A stretch of 64,000 nucleotides of DNA, from positions 2,604,001 to 2,668,000 of the forward strand of contig CM052850.1 in NCBI GenBank assembly GCA_028534125.1, read 5' to 3'. Both the position numbers and the translations under genes were made by a program. Within the stretch, counting starts at the first letter, position 1. Each line of letters starts with the position of its first letter. The stretch comes from Lama glama. Lineage: Eukaryota. Positions 26,090-39,055 of this stretch are shown in pieces. The notes below the pieces were generated by a model, which had not been told where the DNA came from, made no database searches, and saw only the letters and a program-made list of their open reading frames with translations.

Positions 26090-26347
26090 AAAGGTGGGGG
26101 AGTGGGGAGATGAAGTAGGAGTTTGGGATTAACATATACACACTACTATACATAAAACAGATAAACAAGGACCCACTGCATAGCACAGGGGACTATATCC
26201 AATAGCTTGCAATAACCTATAATGGAAAAAAAATCTATAAAAGAACATATATATGTATATGTATAACTGAATCACAGTGCTGTACACCTGAAAATAACAC
26301 AACACTGTAAATCAACTACACTTCAATTAAAAAAAGAGAGAGAGAGA
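26090..26347 (+). mobile_element. 5'-truncated artiodactyl-type L1 3' end
   Basis: GTATAACTGAATCACAGTGCTGTACACCTGAAAATAACACAACACTGTAAATCAACTACACTTCAATTAAAAAA; near-perfect TSD GATGCTGGTA(T/A)CAT at 26072-26085 and 26348-26361. Confidence 0.88.
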
Positions 26348-29314
26348 GATGCTGGTAACATGGCTGGTGAGCCCAGACCAGCCCTCTCTGCAGGTTTAGG
26401 ATGTTTGGGAAGAGAAGTGTTGATACAGGTCCCTGGCACCACTTCAATCCCTCTTTGAGAGGGACGGCTTTAGAAGCTACATGCTGCGGAGGGGGTGGGG
26501 GGTGTGACACACTGATTTCAGTGCCTGCTCCAATCCTATGTGAGTGGTCACGGGAACGTAACGGAAGCCTGCTTCTTAGCTGAGCAGCTCAGCACGTATC
26601 AGCGTGAAGCCCTAGGATGACGAGCGGATTCAGACTGACAGGTGCTTGGGGACGGACCTATCTTCTGGTTAACCATGTTCTCTGAACAGAGGAGGGGAGT
26701 AGCTGCACGTTTATCAGTCACCCAAATGCAATAGGACTGGGTAGGAGGCAATCATTACAGAAACAGCAAGGGAAAAAACACATTAAAAAGACACCCCCCT
26801 CCCAACCCCAGAGCTACCTCGCTCTTGTGTCCTAGTCCCATTGTAAAACACAGAGGACTTGGAGGAACAAGTTGATTTGGGAAGCTGGCCCTCTGCAAGA
26901 GATCTTGCTCAGAACCAAGAGGAAGGCGAATAACCTTCCTTCTCTGAAAATCCTAGGAAAAACCCACACATATAATGAATTATTCACAAAGGCTGAACCT
27001 AAAAATGAGAGGGAGAAATATAGAAAGATGAAAAGGGCGGAGGACTGGGCAGAAAGAGAAGTGAAGAAAAGGACCTGGTCTCTCTCTCTCTCTCTCTTTG
27101 AATAAAAGCGTATTAATTACAGTCATGGGTAGGGGCCCCCTTTCATGTCTTTGTGGTCAGTGATAAGCCAAATTAGATCAGCAGAGTTGCCTCTGATGGG
27201 CTGGACCACACGCCTGGGCTTGGGGAGCTGCGGCTTCCCGGCAGCCCTGCGGATGACAAGAGGGAGGCAGCTGATGCGCGGATGGAACACACAGAGCCAG
27301 AAAGTCTGAGAGAGTTCTGATAGCCTAGCACATCTTGACTCGGTTTTATTTTAACTAAGAATATGAAGATGGAAAGAAACCAGATGTTCCTATACAAAGG
27401 GGGAAATGCAGTAGAGTTTGAGGGGAAAAAAAAAACACCTACATTTTGTACAGCAGCAGCTAAAAAGAGATAAGCAATTTTGGATGGAGCTACTAATCAC
27501 AGAGGCTGGATCTTTCAGAAGAAGATAAAAAGGCCTGTTCTCGTTATTTTTCTCCTCCTCCTCCTCTAATTCATGGTGTGCACTGCACCTAGTGCAGAGA
27601 AAGCAAGTGGAGGAAAGAGGAGAAATAATGGCACGTAAACCAACAGACAAAACTATCACATCCAAGATATTTTGGTTGCCATCCTCAAGTCATTCCATTT
27701 GTATCAAACTCTTTCACTCCAACTCACTTTCCAGGCTGCAGCCCAATTACAACTGGTCCCTATGACAAGTCACAGCCTGGTTTCTAGAGGAACCACTGCC
27801 CATGCCTGATTTTAAGGGCAAAGCCACTAGACAATGTGGAGACTGTCATGGGAGCCTCAGAAAATGAACACCTCTATCCTGCAGCCTCAGTGCCAGTTAC
27901 AATCATTATCCATTTCACTGAATCCATGCCTGGGTACACAGAAGATGTGAAGGCTTTCTGCATTATCTGATCACACGATATAATCACAGATCCCATCCTT
28001 GTTAGCAGCCACCCTCGGCCCTAATCAAGGTGCTCTGACTCATGAGCCATTAGAGTTACATCAAACCTGAAATTCTTGCCAGGACTACAGTCTACTATCT
28101 TGCAAGGTACAATATATTTACAGGCAACCAAAGCAGAAGAAAAGTATACACCACAATGGGAGATTGGGGAACTAAAGCTTTCAGTAATCTTCACCAAAAT
28201 CCTCCAAAAACTAATGGACAATTTACAGCGGGAAATTCTCTACATAACCTCTGACTCAGAGCTGGAGTCCTCTGGGGCTAAAATGAAATTCTCTGCAACA
28301 AGAAATCACAAATGAATATCCACAGGTTCATTATAACAGGCTTCATCAGCTCCGTGGCTACAAACACATTTGATCATCCTACTTTAGACCCTAATGATTC
28401 CACATGAAACATGTGGTCCCCTGCTGAGATGACCCACACCATCAGCGGGGCATAAACCTCCCACTGCCCATCAACAGCAGAGTCTCCAAGTCAGACAGGC
28501 CATTTCTTTCTTTATCCTCTAACTTGGAAAAGTGCAAACATGCAGTGGGCAACTCACAAGCCATGCCAGAGACCCTATAGGTCCACAGAGCCACTGGCCC
28601 TGGGCACAGAAGGATTAGAGCTGCTAAGTACGGCACAGTGAACCTGGGATGACATTCAGAACAGCCAGTTCCCTGAGAAAAAGAGAAGCCCTTTTGTTAG
28701 ATCTATTAGATGGGCAAGAAAGGAGGAATCATATAAAATGTAATACTATATTTTAAATAAGATCAGCATTTTCAAAAAGGTTATGGTATCCACTGCAGAA
28801 GAGAGCCATAAGAAAATAAAATTATCTCCCTACGCAGATGCAGCTTCCAAGAAAAATGAAACACATTCAGAGTGGGCTGTTCACTTCCACCATCTTTCAT
28901 GCCAAACCTGGGTTATCTTAGGCACTTCTTCCCTTAAGAACGAGACCTTCCCCATTAACAACTGGATAAGGTTACCACCAGCCCCCCAGCCCAAGTCAGT
29001 GTCCTACAAGTATAAATTAAATCATCCCTTATTTATTTAACTCATCTGTTTTCAGGCCAATCTGATTAAAGATCAGTAACATTCCGTGTTAAGAAGCCAC
29101 TAACATGGCACACAGAAGTGCACTTTATCCACCTAGTTCTACATGCCATTCTGCAGCCAGGAAGAGATGCCAATGTCTCAAAAAGTGTGCTACACAAATA
29201 ATCAAAATCCTCAAGCACGTTGTATGTGAAAACGACAGTTCAAAGCAGGTCTTGACATGTGTTCTTAACAACCTTCCTTTCTGTGAAAAGCTGGCCCTTA
29301 CGCAGAGCATAGAA

Positions 29315-29705
29315 GTACTTCCCAAACTTCAACGTGCATGCTAGTCACCTGAGCATTGTGTTATAATGTAGATTCTGATTCAGTAAATCTGAGGTGTGGC
29401 TCGGGATTCTGAATTGCTTATAATTGAAGTAGATTTACAATATTAGTTTCAGGTGTGCAACAAAGTGAGTCAATATTTTTTATAGATTAGACACCCTACC
29501 AAGTTATTATAAAATATGGAGTATATTCCCGGTGTTGTACATCACATCCCTGAGACTCACTTATTTTATAACTGCTAGTTTGTCCCTCTTAATCACCTTC
29601 ACCTATTCTGCCCCTCCCCCCACTGCAGGAACCACTAGTTTCTTCTCTGCAGCTGGGATTCTGAGTTTTTAACAAGCCCCCAGGTGATGAAGATGTTGCT
29701 CTTTG
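29315..29705. mobile_element. MER5A split by an L1 insertion
   Basis: CTTCCCAAACTT...AGATTCTGATTCAGTAAATCTGAGGTG on the left; TTTTAACAAGCCCCCAGGTGATG on the right. Confidence 0.7.
29415..29654 (-). mobile_element. L1 3' end nested in MER5A
   Basis: AATTGAAGTAGATTTACAATATTAGTTTCAGGTGT (antisense L1 terminus); TSD GGGATTCTGA at 29403-29412 and 29655-29664. Confidence 0.8.
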
Positions 29706-29794
29706 CTGTCTTTGGGAGGCAAAAACCTAGGATTTAGTTCACCTAGAACTAAGATCCCTCTCTTCAGTTATGCCGAAATTACTGAAGGACTCTA

Positions 29795-30030
29795 TTAGTA
29801 ATGATAGCTAGTTTTTACTGGGTAATTAGGCAGTGTTCTAGGAACCTGACATATATTAACTCATTTAATTCTCCCGGTAACGCATTATTATCATCCTCAT
29901 TTTACAGATCAGGAAACTGAGTCAGAGAAATGAAGTAACTTTTCAAGGTCACACAGCTGGCGAGGGAACTGAGAGTTGAGCGCAGACAGCAGAGCTCCAA
30001 AGCTTTACTGGTAAACACTACTCACACTGA
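29795..30030 (-). mobile_element. MIR SINE
   Basis: ATTATTATCATCCTCATTTTACAGATCAGGAAACTGAG...CAAGGTCACACAGCT core. Confidence 0.8.
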
Positions 30031-30584
30031 CTCCCAGTAAGAAAAAGCAAGGTAATTCCAGAAAAGAATTAGAAAGTAAATTAGTTGCGGTATCAGAGAG
30101 AACGCTGAACCTGTATACAGAAGCGCAATGTTTCCCCACGGTCACCGCCAGAGGGGATACATATTAGTCAATCACGTTGTACAGCCAGGAATAAAAAGCA
30201 AACGTGGTGTGTTTCTAATTTGCCAACAGGACTCCTCTATACACCTTAGCAGATGTTCTCGGAACACGGTTACAAACAGCCTTCATGCTGTAGAACCACT
30301 GCGAAACTTCCAACTATGGGGATGAAGAGACCCCTGGGATGGGGCTCACGGCCAAGGCACTGAGTAGGATGCTGAAATCAAGTTCCTAGTCTCTCTCTTT
30401 GGTGCATTCTGCCCCAAGACAAGAAAAGAGCGCAGCGAACCCCTACGGGCGCACCTTGCGCCGCTCGCAACGCCGGCCAGAAAGGCGGTGTCTTTGCAGC
30501 GGAAGAGAAAACGTGATGAAAAGCGGAGACCGCGTGGTGTAGGAAACGCGCTTAATTTCCCCGCCCGCGAGCCTGGGCCCGGCC

Positions 30585-30605
30585 GGAAGTGCCCGAGGTG
30601 CTGAA
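30585..30605 (-). promoter_or_regulatory. Second RE1/NRSE-like element overlapping an ETS site
   Basis: Minus strand reads TTCAGCACCTCGGGCACTTCC: perfect left half, degenerate right half. Plus strand has CCGGAAGTG at 30583-30591. Confidence 0.6.
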
Positions 30606-30646
30606 AGCGGGTGACGGTGGAGCCCTGGCCGCCGGGGAGTTTCGGT

Positions 30647-30667
30647 GGCGCTGTCCGAGGTGCCGTC
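30647..30667 (-). promoter_or_regulatory. RE1/NRSE (REST-binding) element
   Basis: Minus strand reads GACGGCACCTCGGACAGCGCC against consensus TTCAGCACCACGGACAGCGCC; right half is perfect and the 2-nt spacer is canonical. Confidence 0.7.
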
Positions 30668-32647
30668 GATGGCTGCAGGCACATTTTGCCACCCGCAGGG
30701 CGGCTGGGCGGCTTTGTCTACCGCCAGGAAATGGGAGGGCGCCTGTCTGGGTAAACACGCCCCTAAGAAAGGGGACCGTAAAGCAGCACCTGGTGGGTGG
30801 GAAATTAGAGAAATTGTGGAAGGTGGGTGAGTGGGCGGGCGGGGGGGGGGGAGTGCCTGCTGGGAAAATCGGTAGGGACCTGACTAGAGAAGTGTTCGCA
30901 GCCGCAGCACGCAACACAATGAGAGCTGCCGCTCTGTGCGGCGCACCGGCGGGCCGGACTGCAGGGACCGGACCCTTCCCCCTCCCCAGTGCCCCTCATC
31001 CCAGATAGGTTTAACTCAGGCACAGTTTGGCCCCAGGATCACTCTGTGGGGGTGGAATGGGGAGGGGAGTGCAGGGAGGAGAGAGGAAGCCCTGCCAGGG
31101 GTGATTGTGGGAGGATGCGAGCAGCAGCAGAAGAATATCTGCTTAGAGATGCTCCTCCGTTTCTAATGAGGGGTGCTGCCTAGAAGCACCACGCGCCAGC
31201 CAATCGCTGTGCTGCTGAGGCAGGGAACTAGGGAGGAAGCAGGGGAAGGCCAGAGACTGGGGTGGGGGTAGTAGGGAGATGCCCAGGCTCTGAGGGGATT
31301 GAGCCTCATGCCTCACTGATACTAGAGACCGAAAGTGGCTCTAGCTGTCTCCCTGCTGCATACCTGGAGGATGGGGGTGGGGAGGAGGGAGGCTAGAGAG
31401 GAGAGGAGGGGCCTCTTTTGCAGGTGCATCTCTCCCAAGAAATCTCTCTCCACAATCATCAAAGTCCCATGTCTCCAAGCCTACCCCCATATTTAACACC
31501 ATCCCACGGACTTGCTCCCTACGCATCCCCCTCACCATCCAGCAACCCCCAATTCCTAAAAACCTTGCCAGAGGTCCATATTCTTAGTGAAGAACGAGGC
31601 AGTGCGCTGTCTAATCGTCAACCAGCATTTGATGCACTCATTTCATTAAACCTGCAAGGAAGCTCCTTCTATGCCCGTTCACCCTGACACCACCGCCACC
31701 ATCAGAGTCACCCCCACCAGCTCCCTGTGGAGAGCAGTTCTTTTGGAGCTAGGGGGAGACAGATGGCTTGCACACCTCTGGGCTCAGCTGATGCGGCCCT
31801 CCTCTGAGGAATTCAGGCCCAGCATATCTGCCTGGATCCTGGGTACTGGGAGAGCACCCAGCTGACCAAGCATTAAGAGGCAGGATTACCCAACCGAGGA
31901 CTAAGGAAAGGATGGGCCCTACTGAGCTGCTCTTTCGTGGCTGAGAAGAGAAGCCCAACTCTGAGCTGTCTGGGCTGTGTCATTAGAGACTGCCTCCCCT
32001 GACACACTCATTCACTTCACTTTCAGTGGAACTTAAACTCAGTCCCCAGAGTAAGCTGGGTCCCAAGCCAAATGCCTGTGTTATTCACCCATCTGTCAAT
32101 TTGCCTACAGGGTTTTTGGCTCAAAGCTCTTGAAGCCTCTGAACTGATACATCCCCTCAAGGAGCCTTGACTTTCCTACAGCCGGATAGTGTAGGTGTCT
32201 CCCCAGCTGGTGGGGATGGGGGCAAAGGGGATGGCTTAAAGGGAGGGAAGAGGAGGAAGGGTTGAGTATGAAAGAAAATCCTGAGCTTAGGGGCAACCTG
32301 TTCTATGTGGAGTGCAGCTGGGAAGGGACTAGGGGGCCAGGAATCAAATAAAGCCCAGCTGGGAAAGGGGCAGACACCGCAACACCAGGCACCCAGGGAT
32401 GTTGGAGAGTTCCACGTAGGAAAAATTATAAAAATCACAAGACTTACCTTGAAAAACACTAGTGCCCGCACCGGTCTGTACCGCACCAAGCTTGCCTCTT
32501 AGATGCACCAAAGTATAGAGTGCACTTCAGCAAAGGGGCAAATCGGCACCAGGGAGGGAATGGGGGTAAATTCCATGCTAGGTTTCCCCTCTTACCGGAA
32601 GAAATGTAAANNNNNNNNNNNNNNNNNNNNNNNNNNNNNNNNNNNNN

Positions 32648-34680
<2,033 letters not shown>

Positions 34681-37100
34681 GAAGGATGGTATAAATACTG
34701 GGGCCCTAGATGGTGAGTTCTGGGCTAAAACTACCCTTCTCAAAATCTTAACAATCCAGGAGATCCTCCCACCCCTATCTTACCTTCAAGTCAGCTCCAC
34801 TGACTTCTTCAAACCTACCCCATTAGTGAAGGAAAAAACAATTCGTATCTGAGCTGCAGAACTGGGAAAGGTGGACTCCTCTGGGTTTAGCAACCAAGCC
34901 ATTCCCCACAGGTGGAGCAGAGGTTGAACTGAAGACAGGTATCAGCTGCCCCCTGCTTTGGCCTGAACTCAAAGTCCTACCCAAATCCTTCCCACCTGAG
35001 CAATGGGAGAAACGCAGCCTAGGGGCACAGAAAGGAAACAAAGAGATTGACCAGAGATTGGAAATCAGGGGTGAGTGTGGCCTCGCGCGTGTGAAAGGCA
35101 GTGTCTCTGCACCAGAGAAACTGGTGAGAAGGGAACTGATGTGACGTCTGAGTGAGAGGCTCGTGCGTTCCTCCGTGGATGTGACTGTGTGTGGGCAAGG
35201 CCATGTGAGCGCTGACACGGGGCTGCTGTGTGAGGTGTATGTATGAAGGGAAGGTCTCTGGTGCTGGAAAACCAAAGGAATGGTCCCAACACATCCACCC
35301 CCAGCAGGCACTGCCGCCCTTGGGTGTGGAATGTTGAACTTTCCATTCAGGGGAGTCCATTTTCAGCCAAATGACTATTTGAGGTGAGTCAGCTCTAATT
35401 AGCATTTTGATTTCATATTCCAGCCTTACTCTGTCCTTCTGCCTCCCTTAGCTGGAGGGTCCTTTCTGCCTGAATCCCTAGTCAGAGTGAAAGGGAAGGT
35501 GGTACTATGAACCCTGAGGTCCCATCAGCCTGGCAGCCATTTAGAACCAGTCACAAGTGGCTGTCTTAGTATTCCTGTAAAGTAGATAGGATTAGAAAAG
35601 ACTTTCAGAAATGATCAAATCCATGCTTTCAGAGGTAGGACCATAACACACAGCACAAAATTCATTCAAATCATTTGACAGATATTTCTGAGCACCAGGC
35701 ACTGTTTTAGGATCTGAGGACACAATAATGAACAACACAGATGATGACAAAAATTATGTATCCACTTCCTAGACTGAATTAGATTCTATAACTTTACTGG
35801 CTGGAATGCCTGATGGATCTCATTCTTGTGCTGGAACTTCACCCCTTTCCTTTGTGTCCTGGTCTTAACAGGCTAGAGGGTGGCGGGCCTGCTTGTTCAT
35901 ACTCAGAGCAAGCAGGGATGACCAATCTTTTACCTCCTGGAAGAGATTTTTGGAAGATCAGGAACCCTTGACTTGTTTTCTTCAATGTCACCCACTCAGC
36001 AGAGATCTGGTACAAATTCCGTTTGCTCTCTACAGTGTCCTGTGTTCTCTGCAGCTGCTGTAATTCTTCAGATACCTAGAATCCTCGAGACAGGATGTTA
36101 TACATGGAAATGTGAGGATCCACTGGAGTTGAGGCTTACCTTCCTGCCTTATGAGGAGGCAGGGGTCACAAATGCCTGAGTTGGGGATAATGTACAGTGT
36201 GCTGGGAAGTGTGAGCACCTCTGGAGGGAAGTTGTAAGCTGAGAATTCCTGGAGGGCACAGTCCAGGAGGACAGAGGCAAACATGACAGCATAAACAGCT
36301 TTGGGAATGGACTTGGCCCGGGGCAGTAATGCTGGGAGAAAGGCACACTCTCATATTCACCCCCACCTCGCTGCCACAGCTCCCGAGACCTTTGAGATCT
36401 GTGAACTTCATTCATGTTCTCCAACTCCCCCCTACTCCCAGTCCCCAGAGGGCTACAATTTCAATGACTGTGTGTTTCCTCATTTCCAGTTTACATAAAC
36501 CTCACTCTAAACCTCTGAGGTCAGCCTGGCCACATATGTATTATGACCACAATTTGGTGGACAAATTGGAGCTTCAGAAATGTTAAGTACTTTGCCCACA
36601 TCTAACAAATGGCAGATTTGGAGCTTCTTAATAGATCTGCCTTTCACTGGTTGGCTCTTTCTAATACTCAGGCGAATTTCTTCTGGGCAGTAATGGTGCC
36701 CAAACTGTCCCATCATCGAGAGGAAACTATACAATCATGCTAAGCCTATGGGAATGCTCTGCTTACCATCCTCAAGTTGAATTTGATAAGTGGCCACATG
36801 CTCCTTGAACCACACTGGGAGGATGCTGAACTAGGAACCCATCTACTGTCCTCAAGATCCCTAGAGGATCCTCAGGAAAAAACCTGAGACTAGTCTCGTC
36901 ATTGCCGTAGTCCTCTTCTTAATGGAACTTGGTGGGCATTATCCTTCCCGTGTCCCTAGTTCCACTGTCCTCTTAAAGATACACAAATGGAAATGGAGAA
37001 AATCAGCAATTGGTCATAACTGATTGGAAATCAGTTTCCTAAAATCCTTTCCATGTCCCTTTCAGCCCACAAGGGACAGTGGTCATAGTTTCGTGTTGTT

Positions 37101-37120
37101 AGAGCGCCATCTACTGGTCA
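37101..37120 (-). promoter_or_regulatory. CTCF motif
   Basis: Minus strand TGACCAGTAGATGGCGCTCT fully matches the core CCASYAGRKGGCRS. Confidence 0.7.
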
Positions 37121-37790
37121 TTTGTGAGCACATCGCTGTGAGCTTGGGTACTTGGCAGCCCAGCACCTCAGGCACATCTGAGAGCCTAGACATTCCTAAA
37201 GAGATGACCTCTTGTCATCAGCCCTCTACTCCCCTATGGTACTTTGCTGAGGCCCAAGCCCCAAATTTCACCAACAATGCAACCATCCATCTTATAGTAA
37301 CGTACAGCCCCACACACTAGGCACACATGGGTACATAGTCACCACACACACGTATACACACACACAATGCCCTACATGTTTTCCTGCTAGCAGTGGCCTG
37401 CAAACTAGAAACCCAAAAGGATCTGAGGAAGCAAGGGGAAAACTCCTAGAGTAGGAACCCCATGCAGATAGTTCACTTTCAAAGCTTTCATGCCATAGCC
37501 CCTCTACTCCAGTTTAACATCCACAGCACAAGCAGGCAGGAGAGGAGGCAACTGGCCGAAAGGCCCTCCAGCATCCTCTGGGAACGGAGGGAAACAAGGT
37601 GGCCACACTCCCCGGGACCAGGCAGGCCATGGGAGTTTGTACCAAAATGGAGAGATGTGAGTGGCAAGGATGGAGAAGCACTTAGCCTATTCACCTCATT
37701 CATAAAGCTCTTCCCTGATCTGTCAGGCCTTGGGCTATCGTCATAGGAGAATTCAGCCCATCACTGAGGAGCCTTCAAACATAGCCTCAT

Positions 37791-37804
37791 CCAAAAGAGG
37801 GCGC
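37791..37804 (+). promoter_or_regulatory. Weak CTCF-like motif
   Basis: CCAAAAGAGGGCGC, two mismatches to the core. Confidence 0.3.
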
Positions 37805-38860
37805 CCCACTCCCTCATCTCCCCCTACCCTGCCAGTTCCACTCAGCTTAAGCGATCAGAGCCCCTTTTGTTCTTTTTTCCCCCTGTTGAGCTTTCCCAGG
37901 AAATAGACTCTTATGCAAAGCAGTGCTCTAAGGAACATAATGCAGAGAGAAATTGGGAGTGGGTTTTAAGAAAAAAGTTGGCAGGAGACCATGTGCAAAT
38001 TCATAGCAGAGCAGAGGAGCATTATGGCAATGCAGACATCTTGGGAGTCTGGTGGCTTCCACAATACCTTACAGCCCTGATTTGGATGAAAACAGAACTT
38101 CACATCCTTATGTAATATCTGTCCCTAGAACCAGCATTTCTCAAACCTCTGCCTGAGAAACCCCACAGCTCCAACCATAGATGTGCAAATTTTGCTTAAA
38201 AAAAAAGTTTTAAAAACCATTCATTTCTGACAACTCACTACTTCCCAGGAGCCAACTGTGGTAATGTTATCTCACTGCATCTTCGCTGCAGGACTGGGAG
38301 ACACATTCTATTATCTGAGGCTCAGAGGTTCAGGGACTTGTCCAAGTGCACAGAACTAGGAAACAGCAGAGCTGCATCTCCTGATAATAATGTCAGGATT
38401 CTTTACAATGTGTGGCCACTCTACATACTGCATGTCCAAGCAATGTTTTCCTTGTTTAAGGGTCTGTTCATAGGCAAGATCTTGGACTCTGGAGAAGTAA
38501 GCCATGACCTGGAGCCAGAGAGACTCCCAGAGGGTTAAATTTCTAAGAATGCATACCACCTGTCTCACAGGGCTGTTGTGAATATTAAGTCAGTTAATAT
38601 GTATCAAACTCTTAGAACAGTACCTGGAATACAGTAAGTGCCACATAAGTGTTTCTTCAACACACTTCAGTGATGGTAGCTGTGACCACGGTAACACAGG
38701 CAAACACTGCATATTTGACAGCTTTCTGCTTCTCAAAGCAGACTTCAGACGTGTAGCCCAGGGCTGGCTGCGGTGTGTGCAGGATGGACAGAAGAGCAGA
38801 GAAATGTAAGTGCCTGAGACTTGGTCAGAAAGATAATGAGGAAAAAGAAAGCAAAATATT

Positions 38861-39055
38861 CCACAGGAAACTATATTCAATTTCTTGTAATAACATATAA
38901 TGAAAAAAATCTGAAAAAAAATATAAATATGTATGTATGTGTATAACTGAATCATTTTGCTGTACACCTGAAACTAACATTGTAAATCAACTACACTTCA
39001 GTAAAAAAATTAAATTAAATTGAAAATATATAAAATAAACCCATTTAACGCAAAA
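38861..39055 (+). mobile_element. 5'-truncated artiodactyl-type L1 3' end
   Basis: CACAGGAAACTATATTCAA...GCTGTACACCTGAAACTAAC...; TSD AAAGCAAAATATT on both sides. Confidence 0.88.

Larger units (their letters stand above)
30420..30980. promoter_or_regulatory. Intronic CpG island ~2 kb into intron 1
   Basis: High CpG/GC stretch in otherwise CpG-poor intron; contains RE1-like and ETS motifs. Confidence 0.75.
6495..32647 (-). other. CACNA1E: CACNA1E intron 1, U12-type (AT-AC) minor intron, ~26 kb
   Basis: The 3' end is AC, not AG. Branch sequence TTTCTTAAC at 6517-6509 (U12 consensus TTCCTTRAC) with branch A about 16 nt upstream. No AG in the ~50 nt before the exon. The 5' end is masked by Ns. 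AT-AC introns at this position are known in Cav alpha-1 genes. Confidence 0.9.

Noticed and set aside
34690-34718. TATAAATA plus a GTGAGT donor on the plus strand as a divergent transcript
   Set aside because: The predicted TSS would fall at or after the donor, and short motifs alone are insufficient without expression data.
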